A DNA stretch of 64,000 bases from Bacteroidales bacterium (GTDB lineage Bacteria > Bacteroidota > Bacteroidia > Bacteroidales > P3), in the NCBI GenBank assembly GCA_017448905.1, contig JAFSKP010000060.1, positions 15,867 to 79,866 on the forward strand, in the 5' to 3' direction. This document shows, one piece after another, positions 9,352 through 18,260 of the stretch (positions are counted from its first letter, which is position 1; each line of letters opens with the position of its first letter). Both the position numbers and the translations under genes were made by a program. Under the pieces are notes generated by a model. That model did not search any database. It was given only the letters and a program-made list of their open reading frames with translations, and was not told where the DNA came from.

Positions 9352-11199
9352 ATGAGTAAAAAACTGGAACTCTTATCGCCGGCCAAGAATCTGGAGCAGG
9401 GTATGGCAGCCATCAGCCATGGTGCCGACGCTGTCTACATCGGAGCCCCCTCGTTCGGGGCGCGACAGGCGGCAGGCAACAGTATCGAGGATATTGAGGC
9501 TTTGGTAAGATATGCACACATTTATGGCTCCAAGGTGTTTGCAACGGTTAACACACTTCTTTTTGATGACGAGTTGAAAGCTGCCGAGGAGATGATGTGG
9601 AAGCTCTACAACGCTGGTATCGATGCTGCAATAGTGCAGGACATGGGCCTTCTCGAAACTCATCTTCCTCCCGTTGAGCTGCACGCATCCACGCAGACCC
9701 ACAACATCGACCCTCGACGCATAAGGTTCTTGGAACAAGTGGGTTTCAAACGCGTTATCCTTGCCCGCGAGACATCGCTCGAACAGATGCGAAGTCTCAG
9801 GAGAGAGGTCACCGCAGATCTTGAAGCTTTTGTGCAGGGTGCTCTTTGTGTCTGCTATAGCGGTCAATGCTATCTGAGCCAATACCTTACCAGACGCAGC
9901 GGCAACCGTGGAGCATGCAGCCAGCCCTGCCGTTCCTCCTATAATCTCCGTAATGCTGAGGGAACGATGCTTAAACATGACGAGCATCTCCTTTCGCTGA
10001 AAGACTTTTCAGCAGCGCAATATCTTGAAGACATGATAGATGCAGGCATCACCTCGTTCAAGATTGAGGGGCGTCTTAAAGATCTCTCATACGTAAAGAA
10101 TGTAACGGCCTACTACCGAAGGTTACTCGACGGTATTATGGCAAACCGTGAAGACCTCATCTCTTCAGGATCTGGGGAGACCCATTTCTTTTTTGAACCC
10201 GACTTGCAACGGACTTTCAATCGCGGCTTTACTGACTATTTTCTTGTCCAACGCCACTCTATGGCCTCTCGCGCGACACAAAAGTCGTTGGGTAAAAAAG
10301 TCGGCACCGTTCTGTCATGCAACGGCAATATCTTGAAAGCAAGGCTGACAGAGCCTTTGCATGCCGGTGACGGCATTTGTTTTTTCAATGCCGACAACAA
10401 GTTGGACGGTTTCATGGTTAACCGTGCAGAGAACGACAAGATTCTGGCTAACAAGGTGATTGAATTCAACGGCGCTGCAACTCTATGGCGTAATAATGAC
10501 TTTGCATTTGAAAAACTGCTGCAAGGTAAGACGGCAGAACGAAAAATTGCTGTAGACATGACACTTATGCCCTCCGATAATGGCATCAAACTTGTATTGA
10601 GTGACGAAGATGACTGCTCGGCCTCGGCAGAACTCTCTATGTCGATGGTACCCGCCCGTGACCTGGCCAAAATGCGTGAGTCTGTCGTCTCACAACTGTC
10701 AAAACTCGGAGGGACACCATTTCGCGTCCGTGCCATTGAACTCTTGTTCGATGAAGTCCCGTTCATACCGTCATCCGTACTCAACCAGCTTCGCCGCGAT
10801 GCTGTCGAGAAACTGAATGGCGTCCGCTTGGCTTTCTTTAATCCCGTCGACCATGCTTTTTCAGTCAACGTTGTCCCGTACTTTTCAGAATCGTTAGACG
10901 CTCGTGCCAACATTGTCAACCACAAGGCCGAAGCTTTCTACCGACGCCACGGGGTGGTGGAGATGGAATGGGGAATGGACATACCTGCTTTTTTTGAAAA
11001 GGAGCGTAATCCGTCTCTTCCGCTGATGACAACAAAGTATTGTCTTCGTTATGAGTTGCGACAGTGTCTGCGTCACAAGTGCAACAATACAATAGATGCG
11101 GGCTACAATGGAGAACTGTTCCTTGAGAACAACGGCAGGCGTTTCCGGCTTTTTTTTGACTGCAATCGCTGTGAGATGCAGCTTTTTGCGACGGATTGA
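9352..11199 (+). CDS. U32 family peptidase (collagenase-like, long form)
   Basis: MSKKLELLSPAKNLEQGMAAISHGADAVYIG and a Cys-rich core EAFVQGALCVCYSGQCYLS. A TATCTTTG -7 box lies at 9320-9327. Confidence 0.85.
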   Translation: MSKKLELLSPAKNLEQGMAAISHGADAVYIGAPSFGARQAAGNSIEDIEALVRYAHIYGSKVFATVNTLLFDDELKAAEEMMWKLYNAGIDAAIVQDMGLLETHLPPVELHASTQTHNIDPRRIRFLEQVGFKRVILARETSLEQMRSLRREVTADLEAFVQGALCVCYSGQCYLSQYLTRRSGNRGACSQPCRSSYNLRNAEGTMLKHDEHLLSLKDFSAAQYLEDMIDAGITSFKIEGRLKDLSYVKNVTAYYRRLLDGIMANREDLISSGSGETHFFFEPDLQRTFNRGFTDYFLVQRHSMASRATQKSLGKKVGTVLSCNGNILKARLTEPLHAGDGICFFNADNKLDGFMVNRAENDKILANKVIEFNGAATLWRNNDFAFEKLLQGKTAERKIAVDMTLMPSDNGIKLVLSDEDDCSASAELSMSMVPARDLAKMRESVVSQLSKLGGTPFRVRAIELLFDEVPFIPSSVLNQLRRDAVEKLNGVRLAFFNPVDHAFSVNVVPYFSESLDARANIVNHKAEAFYRRHGVVEMEWGMDIPAFFEKERNPSLPLMTTKYCLRYELRQCLRHKCNNTIDAGYNGELFLENNGRRFRLFFDCNRCEMQLFATD

Positions 11200-11208
11200 A
11201 CGGTAAGT

Positions 11209-11394
11209 CTACCAACTCCAGGTCTGGCTTCCAAACGATGAGGCCCTGTCGTTCTGCTCCTCGTTGTTGTCTTCATACATAAGGAACTCGGCCTCCATAG
11301 GCGCGCCGTACTCGTTGCTTGCTGTGAATCCCTGTTCGACACGGAATGTCACTGTTTGCATGTCAGGTGCCTGATACTGTTGTCTCTTTTCCAT
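11209..11394 (-). CDS. Small acidic hypothetical protein (61 aa)
   Basis: An ORF immediately downstream of mazG on the same strand. No motif was recognised. Confidence 0.3.
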   Translation of the reverse strand: MEKRQQYQAPDMQTVTFRVEQGFTASNEYGAPMEAEFLMYEDNNEEQNDRASSFGSQTWSW

Positions 11395-11417
11395 GGGGTA
11401 TAGATAAAGGTTTGATT

Positions 11418-12275
11418 TTATGTATGTTTGTCGGTATGTTGATGACGACGCTCTTCTTTTTTTGCCTCATCCCACAATGCTGTCATCTCGTCGAGTGTCA
11501 TTTCGCCGAGGGACATGCCCTTCCTCCTTGCCATTGTTTCCACATAGTTGAAGCGGTTCTGGAATTTGAGGTTGGCCTGCATGAGGGCGTCGTCGGCGTT
11601 GAGACCTTCGAAACGTGCCCATTTGATGATGGCGAACAGCAGGTCGCCCAGCTCTTCTGTGGCATGGCGGCGTACACCTTCGCTCTGCCGACAGCCGTCG
11701 GCGGTTCCATGCATTGCCTGTAGGGCCTCGATGAATTCGGCGTATTCTTCCTCCACTTTGGAATGGGCTTCCTTGCTGTTGTTGAACTCAAAGCCTATGC
11801 CGGCAGCTTTTTCTTGTATCCTTACAGCCTTGACGAGGGGGGGCAGCGACGGCGGCACGCCCTCCAGCACCGAGTGTCGTCCTTCGCGCATTTTCACCTT
11901 CTCCCATTCGGGTTTCTCCTGCTGGCGAGCCGGCTGCATAACCCCGTCGCGGTCGGGCAACGGTATATGCGGGTGTCTTGCTATCAGTTTCCTGCAGATG
12001 CCGTCGATGACGTCGGATGTCGAAAAACGGCCTTCGTCGTCTGCAATTTTCGAGTAGAAAAGCAGGTGTAGGAAAAGGTCGCCCAGCTCCTTGCGCATCT
12101 CGTCGTAATCGCCCGCGATGATGGCTTCCGACAGTTCATAGACCTCTTCGATGGTGAGGTAGCGTAGCGACTCGATGGTCTGTTCACGGTCCCACGGACA
12201 GTCGCGTCGCAGAATGTCGAGGATGGTGCTGAGCCAGCGGAGCGACTTTTCTTCTTGTTGTACAGGATTCTGCAT
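11418..12275 (-). CDS. mazG: Nucleoside triphosphate pyrophosphohydrolase MazG (tandem MazG domains)
   Basis: CPWDREQT, EEVYELSEAI, ELGDLFLHL, and a second repeat EELGDLLFAI. The start is taken at MQNPVQQ (12275). Confidence 0.85.
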   Translation of the reverse strand: MQNPVQQEEKSLRWLSTILDILRRDCPWDREQTIESLRYLTIEEVYELSEAIIAGDYDEMRKELGDLFLHLLFYSKIADDEGRFSTSDVIDGICRKLIARHPHIPLPDRDGVMQPARQQEKPEWEKVKMREGRHSVLEGVPPSLPPLVKAVRIQEKAAGIGFEFNNSKEAHSKVEEEYAEFIEALQAMHGTADGCRQSEGVRRHATEELGDLLFAIIKWARFEGLNADDALMQANLKFQNRFNYVETMARRKGMSLGEMTLDEMTALWDEAKKEERRHQHTDKHT

Positions 12276-12337
12276 GGTGATAATCCAGAAAGCCGCCACA
12301 CAAGGGTGGCGGCTTCCGGTTGGTTGTTTCACAATTG

Positions 12338-13540
12338 TTATTGCAGTTTGGCGAGGGCATCCTTGATGCGGCGAAGGGCCTCGACGAGGAGCTCCTCGCT
12401 GGTGGCATAGCTCAGACGGATGCAGCTGTCGTCGCCGAAGGCGGAACCCATGACCGTGGCCACATTGGCCTCATTGAGCAAGTAGAAGGCCATATCGGTC
12501 GAGTTCTCAATCTTCTTGCCGTTGAACGACTTGCCATAGTATGCGCTCACGTCGGGGAAGAAATAGAAGGCACCCTGGGGAAGACGGACCTTGAGACCGG
12601 GGATGTCGCAGAGCAGCTTATAGACCAAGTCGCGGCGTTTCTGGAAGATGTTGCGCATGTCGATGATGTCCTTGCTGGTCTTCGGGTCCATCAGCATGGC
12701 ACATACGGTGGCTTTCTGTGCGATGGAGCAGGTGGCGCTGGTCACCTGACCCTGCAGCTTGTTGGCGGCCTTGGCGATGACTGTGGGGGCGGCGATGAAG
12801 CCTATACGCCAGCCTGTCATGGCGAAGCCTTTGGCGACACCGTTGACGGTGATAACGCGCTCCTTGACTTCGGGGAACTGTGCTATGCTTTCGTGTTTGC
12901 CGACGAAGTTGATGTGCTCATAGATCTCGTCGGCTATGACGAAGAGGTTCTCGTGTCTGGCGACAACCTCGGCGATACCTTTCAACTCCTCTTTGGTGTA
13001 GAGCATACCCGTAGGGTTGGAGGGGCTGCTGAACATGATGAGTTTGGTGCGTGGTGTGATGGCTGCCTCGAGTTGCTCGGGGGTCACCTTGAAGTCGTTC
13101 TCAAGCTTGGTCTTGACAAAGACGCATTTGCCCTCGGCCAGACGTACAAATTCCTTGTAGCTCACCCAGAAGGGGGTGGGGATAATCACCTCGTCGCCCG
13201 GGTTGATGAGACACTGCACAACCTGGAACAGGCTCTGTTTGGCACCTGTGGAGACCACGATTTGCTCGGGCTTGTACTCCAAGCCGTTGTCGCGTAGCAG
13301 TTTGGTGCAGATGGCCTCTTTCAGGTCGGCATAGCCGGGAACGGGCGGATAGTGGGTGAAGTTGTCGTCGATGGCCTTCTTGGCAGCCTCCTTGACAACT
13401 TCGGGGGTGTTGAAGTCGGGCTCGCCGATGCTGAGGCTGATGACGTCTTTGCCTTGAGCCTTGAGCTCACGGGCTTTGGCGGTCATGGCGAGAGTCTCGC
13501 TCTCGGCCATATTGAGTATACGCTGTGAAATAATTTCCAT
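12338..13540 (-). CDS. Pyridoxal-phosphate-dependent aminotransferase (aspartate aminotransferase class I)
   Basis: 400 aa. Motifs LSIGEPDF, SPSNPTG and VNGVAKGFAMTGWRIG (PLP lysine context). Confidence 0.9.
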   Translation of the reverse strand: MEIISQRILNMAESETLAMTAKARELKAQGKDVISLSIGEPDFNTPEVVKEAAKKAIDDNFTHYPPVPGYADLKEAICTKLLRDNGLEYKPEQIVVSTGAKQSLFQVVQCLINPGDEVIIPTPFWVSYKEFVRLAEGKCVFVKTKLENDFKVTPEQLEAAITPRTKLIMFSSPSNPTGMLYTKEELKGIAEVVARHENLFVIADEIYEHINFVGKHESIAQFPEVKERVITVNGVAKGFAMTGWRIGFIAAPTVIAKAANKLQGQVTSATCSIAQKATVCAMLMDPKTSKDIIDMRNIFQKRRDLVYKLLCDIPGLKVRLPQGAFYFFPDVSAYYGKSFNGKKIENSTDMAFYLLNEANVATVMGSAFGDDSCIRLSYATSEELLVEALRRIKDALAKLQ

Positions 13541-13668
13541 ATTGCATTGTTTTAGTTAGTTATGCTGATATAAATCCCGTTTTGTACCATGAACAAGATT
13601 TTGCAAAGATATATAAAAAAACTTTATCCTACATTTGGGAATACAGTTATGAGAAAAAAGTGCTTGTG

Positions 13669-14607
13669 CTATAATATGCTGTTCACCTCTTCAAGTGTCA
13701 TTTGGGTTATCTGTGCGATGTCCGATGCAATGAATCCCATTTTTTTCATTCTGCGTACGGTGTCGTTTTTCTCATTCTCACGTCCCTTCGCCTCGCCCTC
13801 GGCGCGTCCCTTCGCCTCGCCCTCGGCGCGTCCTTCGGCAAGGCCGCGGTTATAGCGCCCCACGAGGTATGCCTCTTCGTCGTACACCGACATCCAGAAG
13901 CGTTCATAGGCATACAGTTGCGACTCGCTCATCGACGACTTGGCAACGATGCCGAGTGCCTTGCTGGTCATCTCGTTGTCGAGCAGCTCGGCGGGTGCCT
14001 CGTCTTTGTTCCGTCCTATCTCTGTAAGGAAGCGCAGCCACAGTACAGCCATTTTCTTTTCGGCAATTGTCTTGGGCTTGAATTTGGGTAATTCCACAAA
14101 TACGAAGCGAAGACCCTCGATGCGTCGTTCGGGATGCTCGGTGTTGACTATGGCGTAGTCGTGGTAGAACTCGTCGGGACCGCTCACGAAGCCCACGTCG
14201 TTCACCAGACAGAGGCAGTAGACAGGCTGGATGAGGCTGTAGTTCTCGCCGCTGTCGAGCTGCTTCACCACTGCCTTGGAGGCGTTGAGGATCACGCGCT
14301 GCTGGAAGTAGGGGTTCCAGTAGAGTTGCATCTCGACTATGAACTGCCGCCCCTGCTGGTCGTGGCAGCGCACATCTACGACGCTGTTTTTCTTGCCGGG
14401 GTTCTCGGGCACCATCTCGGGTGTGAGGTATTCCACGCTGGTTATCTGCCCGTCGGGCTCTAGTGGCAGGAGTGCGTTGAGTAGGCTCATCACCAGGTCG
14501 GGGTGTTCGCCGAAGACCAGCTTGAAGGTCAAGTCGGCCTTGGGGTCGAGGTATTTGCCCACAAACCAGCTGTTAAAACTATTTGAGAACTGCTTATTCT
14601 TTTCCAT
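13669..14607 (-). CDS. Rpn family recombination-promoting nuclease / putative transposase (PD-(D/E)XK)
   Basis: DLTFKLVFGE, VDVRCHDQQGRQFIVEMQ, and a C-terminal EG-rich repeat LAEGRAEGEAKGRAEGEAKGRE followed by an HTH-like tail. Confidence 0.8.
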   Translation of the reverse strand: MEKNKQFSNSFNSWFVGKYLDPKADLTFKLVFGEHPDLVMSLLNALLPLEPDGQITSVEYLTPEMVPENPGKKNSVVDVRCHDQQGRQFIVEMQLYWNPYFQQRVILNASKAVVKQLDSGENYSLIQPVYCLCLVNDVGFVSGPDEFYHDYAIVNTEHPERRIEGLRFVFVELPKFKPKTIAEKKMAVLWLRFLTEIGRNKDEAPAELLDNEMTSKALGIVAKSSMSESQLYAYERFWMSVYDEEAYLVGRYNRGLAEGRAEGEAKGRAEGEAKGRENEKNDTVRRMKKMGFIASDIAQITQMTLEEVNSIL

Positions 14608-14868
14608 AATATATTGTCTTACACCTGTTTGAGGTTAGAGCATGGCTGTCTTTACCTGTGCAAAAGTACAAAAAAAAACATATATGGCGAAAAATATCAC
14701 AAAAAGCCTGATAATGACGTTTCCGCGCTTTCTTCCCAAACCATGGCACAAAATAATGTATGACGTTTTTGCCGGATACAACATATTGGTATACACGATG
14801 GAAAAATAATAACGAAATGAAAGATGTAAGTTTTTTACAAAAAATCATGATGTTTTGTGAAAACATTG

Positions 14869-14876
14869 TATCTTTG
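14869..14876 (+). promoter_or_regulatory. Bacteroidota -7 promoter box TATCTTTG
   Basis: Perfect TAnnTTTG match about 310 nt upstream of the ATG at 15189. The same arrangement occurs at 17413. Confidence 0.55.
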
Positions 14877-14879
14877 CAT

Positions 14880-15120
14880 TGGCAAACCGAAAGGTTTTGT
14901 TTGCTGAAAAAGTTGCATTTCGCCTTATTCCAAGTCCGTGAAACTTCGACACTTCACAAGAAATATCAGGAATAAGGGTCTGATGAATGTCTCACTGTAT
15001 TTGTATCTGTTTTTCACAGTACAACACGTGGGGCTAATCATACAGCCTTTATTTATATTTCAGGGAGTCGAAGCCCTCACGGACAAAATGGGGACTGTAA
15101 TGGATGGCTCCACTTTTTCT
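14880..15120 (+). ncRNA. Structured 5' leader / candidate cis-regulatory RNA, copy A (family unknown)
   Basis: Shares conserved blocks and compensatory stems with 17424-17670 (see findings). It ends in a helix followed by CCACUUUUUCU. Confidence 0.55.
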
Positions 15121-15188
15121 CGTTCTTTATTGTTTCCGGGCCGAAACAGAACATTAAGTTGCACCCGACACGAAAATAGGGGACAGTT

Positions 15189-15974
15189 ATGAAAAAAATC
15201 ATTACTTTTGTCATGACACTGACGGCAGTGTTCAGCATGGCCTCGGCGCAGATCTCGCAGGGCAACCCGCACTCGTCGAACATCCGTACAGGCAACAGGC
15301 CCCAGGCCGGCAACTGGGGCGTCTTTATCGGACCCAGCTACAGCGAGTTGAGAGACCTTATCGACTGGATTGACGATGCAGGCAACATCGACATTGTGCG
15401 TGGCCTGCCGCTCATCAATGTCAAGCATTACAATACCGACAATCTCGAGATGCGCCTGGGTCTGCAGTTCTACTCCAAGTCCTACCGCGGCAGTGGCAAG
15501 GCTTTCGGCACTGGCGACAAAGTCAATTTCAAGAACGCCGCGTCGTTCTTCCGGCTGACCCCGGGCATGGCCTACCACTTCTCGTCGAAGAACCTTCTCG
15601 ACGTCTATACCGGCTGCTATATCCCTCTTGGTTATGAAAGCTACACCAACAGCAACAAGACCGGCACTGTCACGAGGAGCCTTCAGCATGGTTCCATGGT
15701 TTTCGGTGTGGGCGCCTATATCGGACTCCAGGCTTTTGTCGCCGACCTGCCCCTCTCCATCGGCCTCGAATACGGTCTTGAGGGTCTGCTCCACCTCGGC
15801 GATGTCGACAAGATGGAAGCCGTCGATGCTGCTGGCGACAAACAGATCAGCTACGACCGTGCCGGCGATGGTACTTTTGGCGGCATCGGACCGTACAAGG
15901 ACCTCTCTGCCACTACCAACGCCATCGGCACCAGCCTCCGCGTCACCATCAGTTACTACTTCTCGAACAAATAA
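15189..15974 (+). CDS. Outer-membrane beta-barrel (porin-like) protein
   Basis: Signal peptide MKKIITFVMTLTAVFSMASAQ, alternating strand pattern, and C-terminal ...LRVTISYYF. Confidence 0.65.
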   Translation: MKKIITFVMTLTAVFSMASAQISQGNPHSSNIRTGNRPQAGNWGVFIGPSYSELRDLIDWIDDAGNIDIVRGLPLINVKHYNTDNLEMRLGLQFYSKSYRGSGKAFGTGDKVNFKNAASFFRLTPGMAYHFSSKNLLDVYTGCYIPLGYESYTNSNKTGTVTRSLQHGSMVFGVGAYIGLQAFVADLPLSIGLEYGLEGLLHLGDVDKMEAVDAAGDKQISYDRAGDGTFGGIGPYKDLSATTNAIGTSLRVTISYYFSNK

Positions 15975-15987
15975 ATAAGGACAAGCC

Positions 15988-16434
15988 ATGAGAAAAACAG
16001 GATTATTTATGACAATGCTCGCCTTGGCGTTGCTCATGACCTCGTGTCGTGGCATGTTCAGCGTGAGCCAAAGCCCTTCAGCATCGGCTGCACCCGATGT
16101 CGTCAGGCTTAACATAGACTACAGCAATGTCCAGTACCTTGGCGAGGTAAGCATGGAGGTCACCAGCACCATCTATCTGGGCGTGATACGCGACATCAAG
16201 ACTGTCAACGGCGAGAGCTACGACTTCCGCAATGTCAAACAGGCCTATTTCAAGGGCCGGAAAGAGGTCAACGTGCCGAATGTCATGAACAAGGCCACAT
16301 ACAAGGTCGTCGAGACATACCCCGATGCGGATTTCTATGTGCCCGTCAGGTGCGTAAAGGAAAAACAGCGCATGTTCCTTGGCCGCAACGAGACCGTCAC
16401 TCTGGTCGTCAGAGCATATAAATACAGCAAATGA
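15988..16434 (+). CDS. Lipoprotein, function unknown
   Basis: Lipobox LALLMTSC. Tightly packed between its neighbours. Confidence 0.6.
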   Translation: MRKTGLFMTMLALALLMTSCRGMFSVSQSPSASAAPDVVRLNIDYSNVQYLGEVSMEVTSTIYLGVIRDIKTVNGESYDFRNVKQAYFKGRKEVNVPNVMNKATYKVVETYPDADFYVPVRCVKEKQRMFLGRNETVTLVVRAYKYSK

Positions 16435-17243
16435 GAAAGTTTTTAGTCATATCTCTGCTTCTCCTGGTGACGCTCGCCTCGTGCAGTCACGACGACGAGA
16501 ACGAGGTGTTCATCATCGTCGACCAGCCCGGGTATACCGGAATCGTGCAGGCTGGCAGCAAGGTGGTGTTCGACGTCAACGCAACCTCCATCGAGGCCTC
16601 GCTCCGCAGCATCACCGTCACCGAACAGTCTGCATCGCTGGGAAGGAATATCCTGCTCGACACCTCTGTCAACGGCAAACAGGTGGAATTCTCCTTCTGT
16701 TATCATGTACCCGAGTTGCTGTCTGACGACTCGGCAAAGGTCAATCTCGTCTTCGAAGCCTGCAATGTCGACGGCGTGAAGTCGCACATGACCCTTGTGA
16801 TGACGGTCTCCTCCGGCTATCCGCTGCACGATGCGTCGGGCGTGACGCTCTACAGTTCACGTTCGGGGAACCCCAACGGGTTGATGCTTGAAACACTGCA
16901 GACAGTCTATGTGGGTGCCGACGCTTCGGTCAACGCCGACATCTATGACTATCTTGACAGTGCAGCTGCCGACACTACATCGATGTCGCTTCGCTGGAAT
17001 AGCGCCACAGACGTTTTGTTCGCGCGTTTCAACGACTTCAACTTCGCTGACGCAAGCGTCAAGACACTGGTCGATTCGTACAGGGCCTCTGTCCATTACA
17101 GCACAATCAAGGACATCAAGGCAGGCGACATCATCCTTGTGGGACGCGAGGAACAAGTCATCGGGGCGATACAGATTGTCGAGGTGTTCGACAGCCCGGG
17201 AGTGGAGAATGACCGCTATATCTTGAACATAAAGAAACTTTAA
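16431..17243 (+). CDS. Lipoprotein, function unknown
   Basis: Lipobox LVTLASC. 4-nt overlap with the upstream gene. Confidence 0.6.
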   Translation: MRKFLVISLLLLVTLASCSHDDENEVFIIVDQPGYTGIVQAGSKVVFDVNATSIEASLRSITVTEQSASLGRNILLDTSVNGKQVEFSFCYHVPELLSDDSAKVNLVFEACNVDGVKSHMTLVMTVSSGYPLHDASGVTLYSSRSGNPNGLMLETLQTVYVGADASVNADIYDYLDSAAADTTSMSLRWNSATDVLFARFNDFNFADASVKTLVDSYRASVHYSTIKDIKAGDIILVGREEQVIGAIQIVEVFDSPGVENDRYILNIKKL

Positions 17244-17412
17244 GTTTTCGTCTGTTTTCCTGGAAGGGGATGCCCGGTTTCATGCCAGGTGTCCTCTTTT
17301 TCTTTTTCCATTTGCATCTATTATTTTAGGTATAACTGCCTAAGTCACAGAATAAAATCAAAAAAAACGGCTTGAAATAAAATATTTTTTCCTCTATTCA
17401 AAGAAATCTTCT

Positions 17413-17420
17413 TATCTTTG
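17413..17420 (+). promoter_or_regulatory. Bacteroidota -7 promoter box TATCTTTG
   Basis: Perfect TAnnTTTG match about 335 nt upstream of the ATG at 17754. Confidence 0.55.
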
Positions 17421-17423
17421 CAG

Positions 17424-17670
17424 CCGCAAACCGAAAGGTAATGTTTGCCGAAAGAAAGCGCATTTTCGCCTTATTCCGATGATAGTGAATCTCGACAACT
17501 CACAAGAATAATTAGGAATAAAGAGAAGATGAATGTCCATATTGGACTGTGTCTGTAGCATCTACAGCACACCCTGTGTGGAGTGATTCATTAAAACTTT
17601 ATTTTTATTATTCAGGGAGTCGAGACCCTACTATCAGAAAATAGGGTGTTCGTGGATGGCTCCACTTTCT
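17424..17670 (+). ncRNA. Structured 5' leader / candidate cis-regulatory RNA, copy B (family unknown)
   Basis: Paralog of 14880-15120 with the same order of conserved blocks and stems. Confidence 0.55.
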
Positions 17671-17753
17671 TGACATCATTTCAGTATTGCCTGGCGGGCC
17701 TCGGGCGAAGACAAAGCCGACGAGGTGGATGGCATATAACTCACCAAAACAAA

Positions 17754-18152
17754 ATGATGAAGAGAAATATACGTCTTTTTGGTATCGTGGCCCTTCTGAT
17801 TGCAGCCATGGTGTTCGTCAGCTCCTGCAGCAAGGAGAAGAAGATCATAGGCAAATGGAAATGCACCAGCGCCACCGGCAACTTCAAAGAGTTTAAGGAC
17901 GAGACTGTCACTTTCAAAGAGGGTGGCAAATGTACATTCATTGACATAGATGGCGAATGGTCAATCTCGAAGGACAATCTCACAATCGAGATTGATGATG
18001 ATGAAGTCAAAGCCACCTGCGACTTCACTATCGATGATCTCAGCAGTAGTGAAATGTCGCTGGACGGCACCATGACTATCAAAGAATATGATTATGAATA
18101 TGGGTATGAGACGTATAAAATAAAAGGTACTATGGACCTCGAGAAGAAGTAA
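17754..18152 (+). CDS. Small lipoprotein (lipocalin-like, IGKWKC motif)
   Basis: MMKRNIRLFGIVALLIAAMVFVSSC lipobox. The portion of the ORF-track ORF upstream of 17754 lies inside the leader RNA. Confidence 0.6.
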   Translation: MMKRNIRLFGIVALLIAAMVFVSSCSKEKKIIGKWKCTSATGNFKEFKDETVTFKEGGKCTFIDIDGEWSISKDNLTIEIDDDEVKATCDFTIDDLSSSEMSLDGTMTIKEYDYEYGYETYKIKGTMDLEKK

Positions 18153-18187
18153 GCGACAGCTTTTTTACTACTGTTTTGTTTGATGAT

Positions 18188-18226
18188 CACCAGAGGGTGC
18201 ATGCTTCGACCATATCCCCTCTGGTG
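18188..18226 (+). terminator. 10-bp stem hairpin between the lipoprotein and vWA genes (terminator or attenuator)
   Basis: CACCAGAGGG-N19-CCCTCTGGTG followed by TTCTGT. The U-tract is weak. Confidence 0.35.
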
Positions 18227-18260
18227 TTCTGTAGTTCAGGATTTAATTTAAAATAGTTAT

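Noticed and set aside
12320-13297. A 325-aa + strand ORF opposite the aminotransferase gene.
   Set aside because: It is a mirror ORF inside a strongly supported gene on the other strand. Its translation is low-complexity G/A/V/L/E/D-rich with no motifs, as expected from antisense reading of GC3-rich coding DNA.
15060-16115. A 351-aa minus-strand ORF. Other long antisense ORFs are similar: 18276-19442, 28724-29632, 37210-38121, 43002-43940, 46224-47471 and 32407-33306.
   Set aside because: Each lies fully within a motif-supported gene on the opposite strand. They lack start context and recognisable domains, and their composition (V/G/A/D/H-rich) is typical of shadow ORFs.
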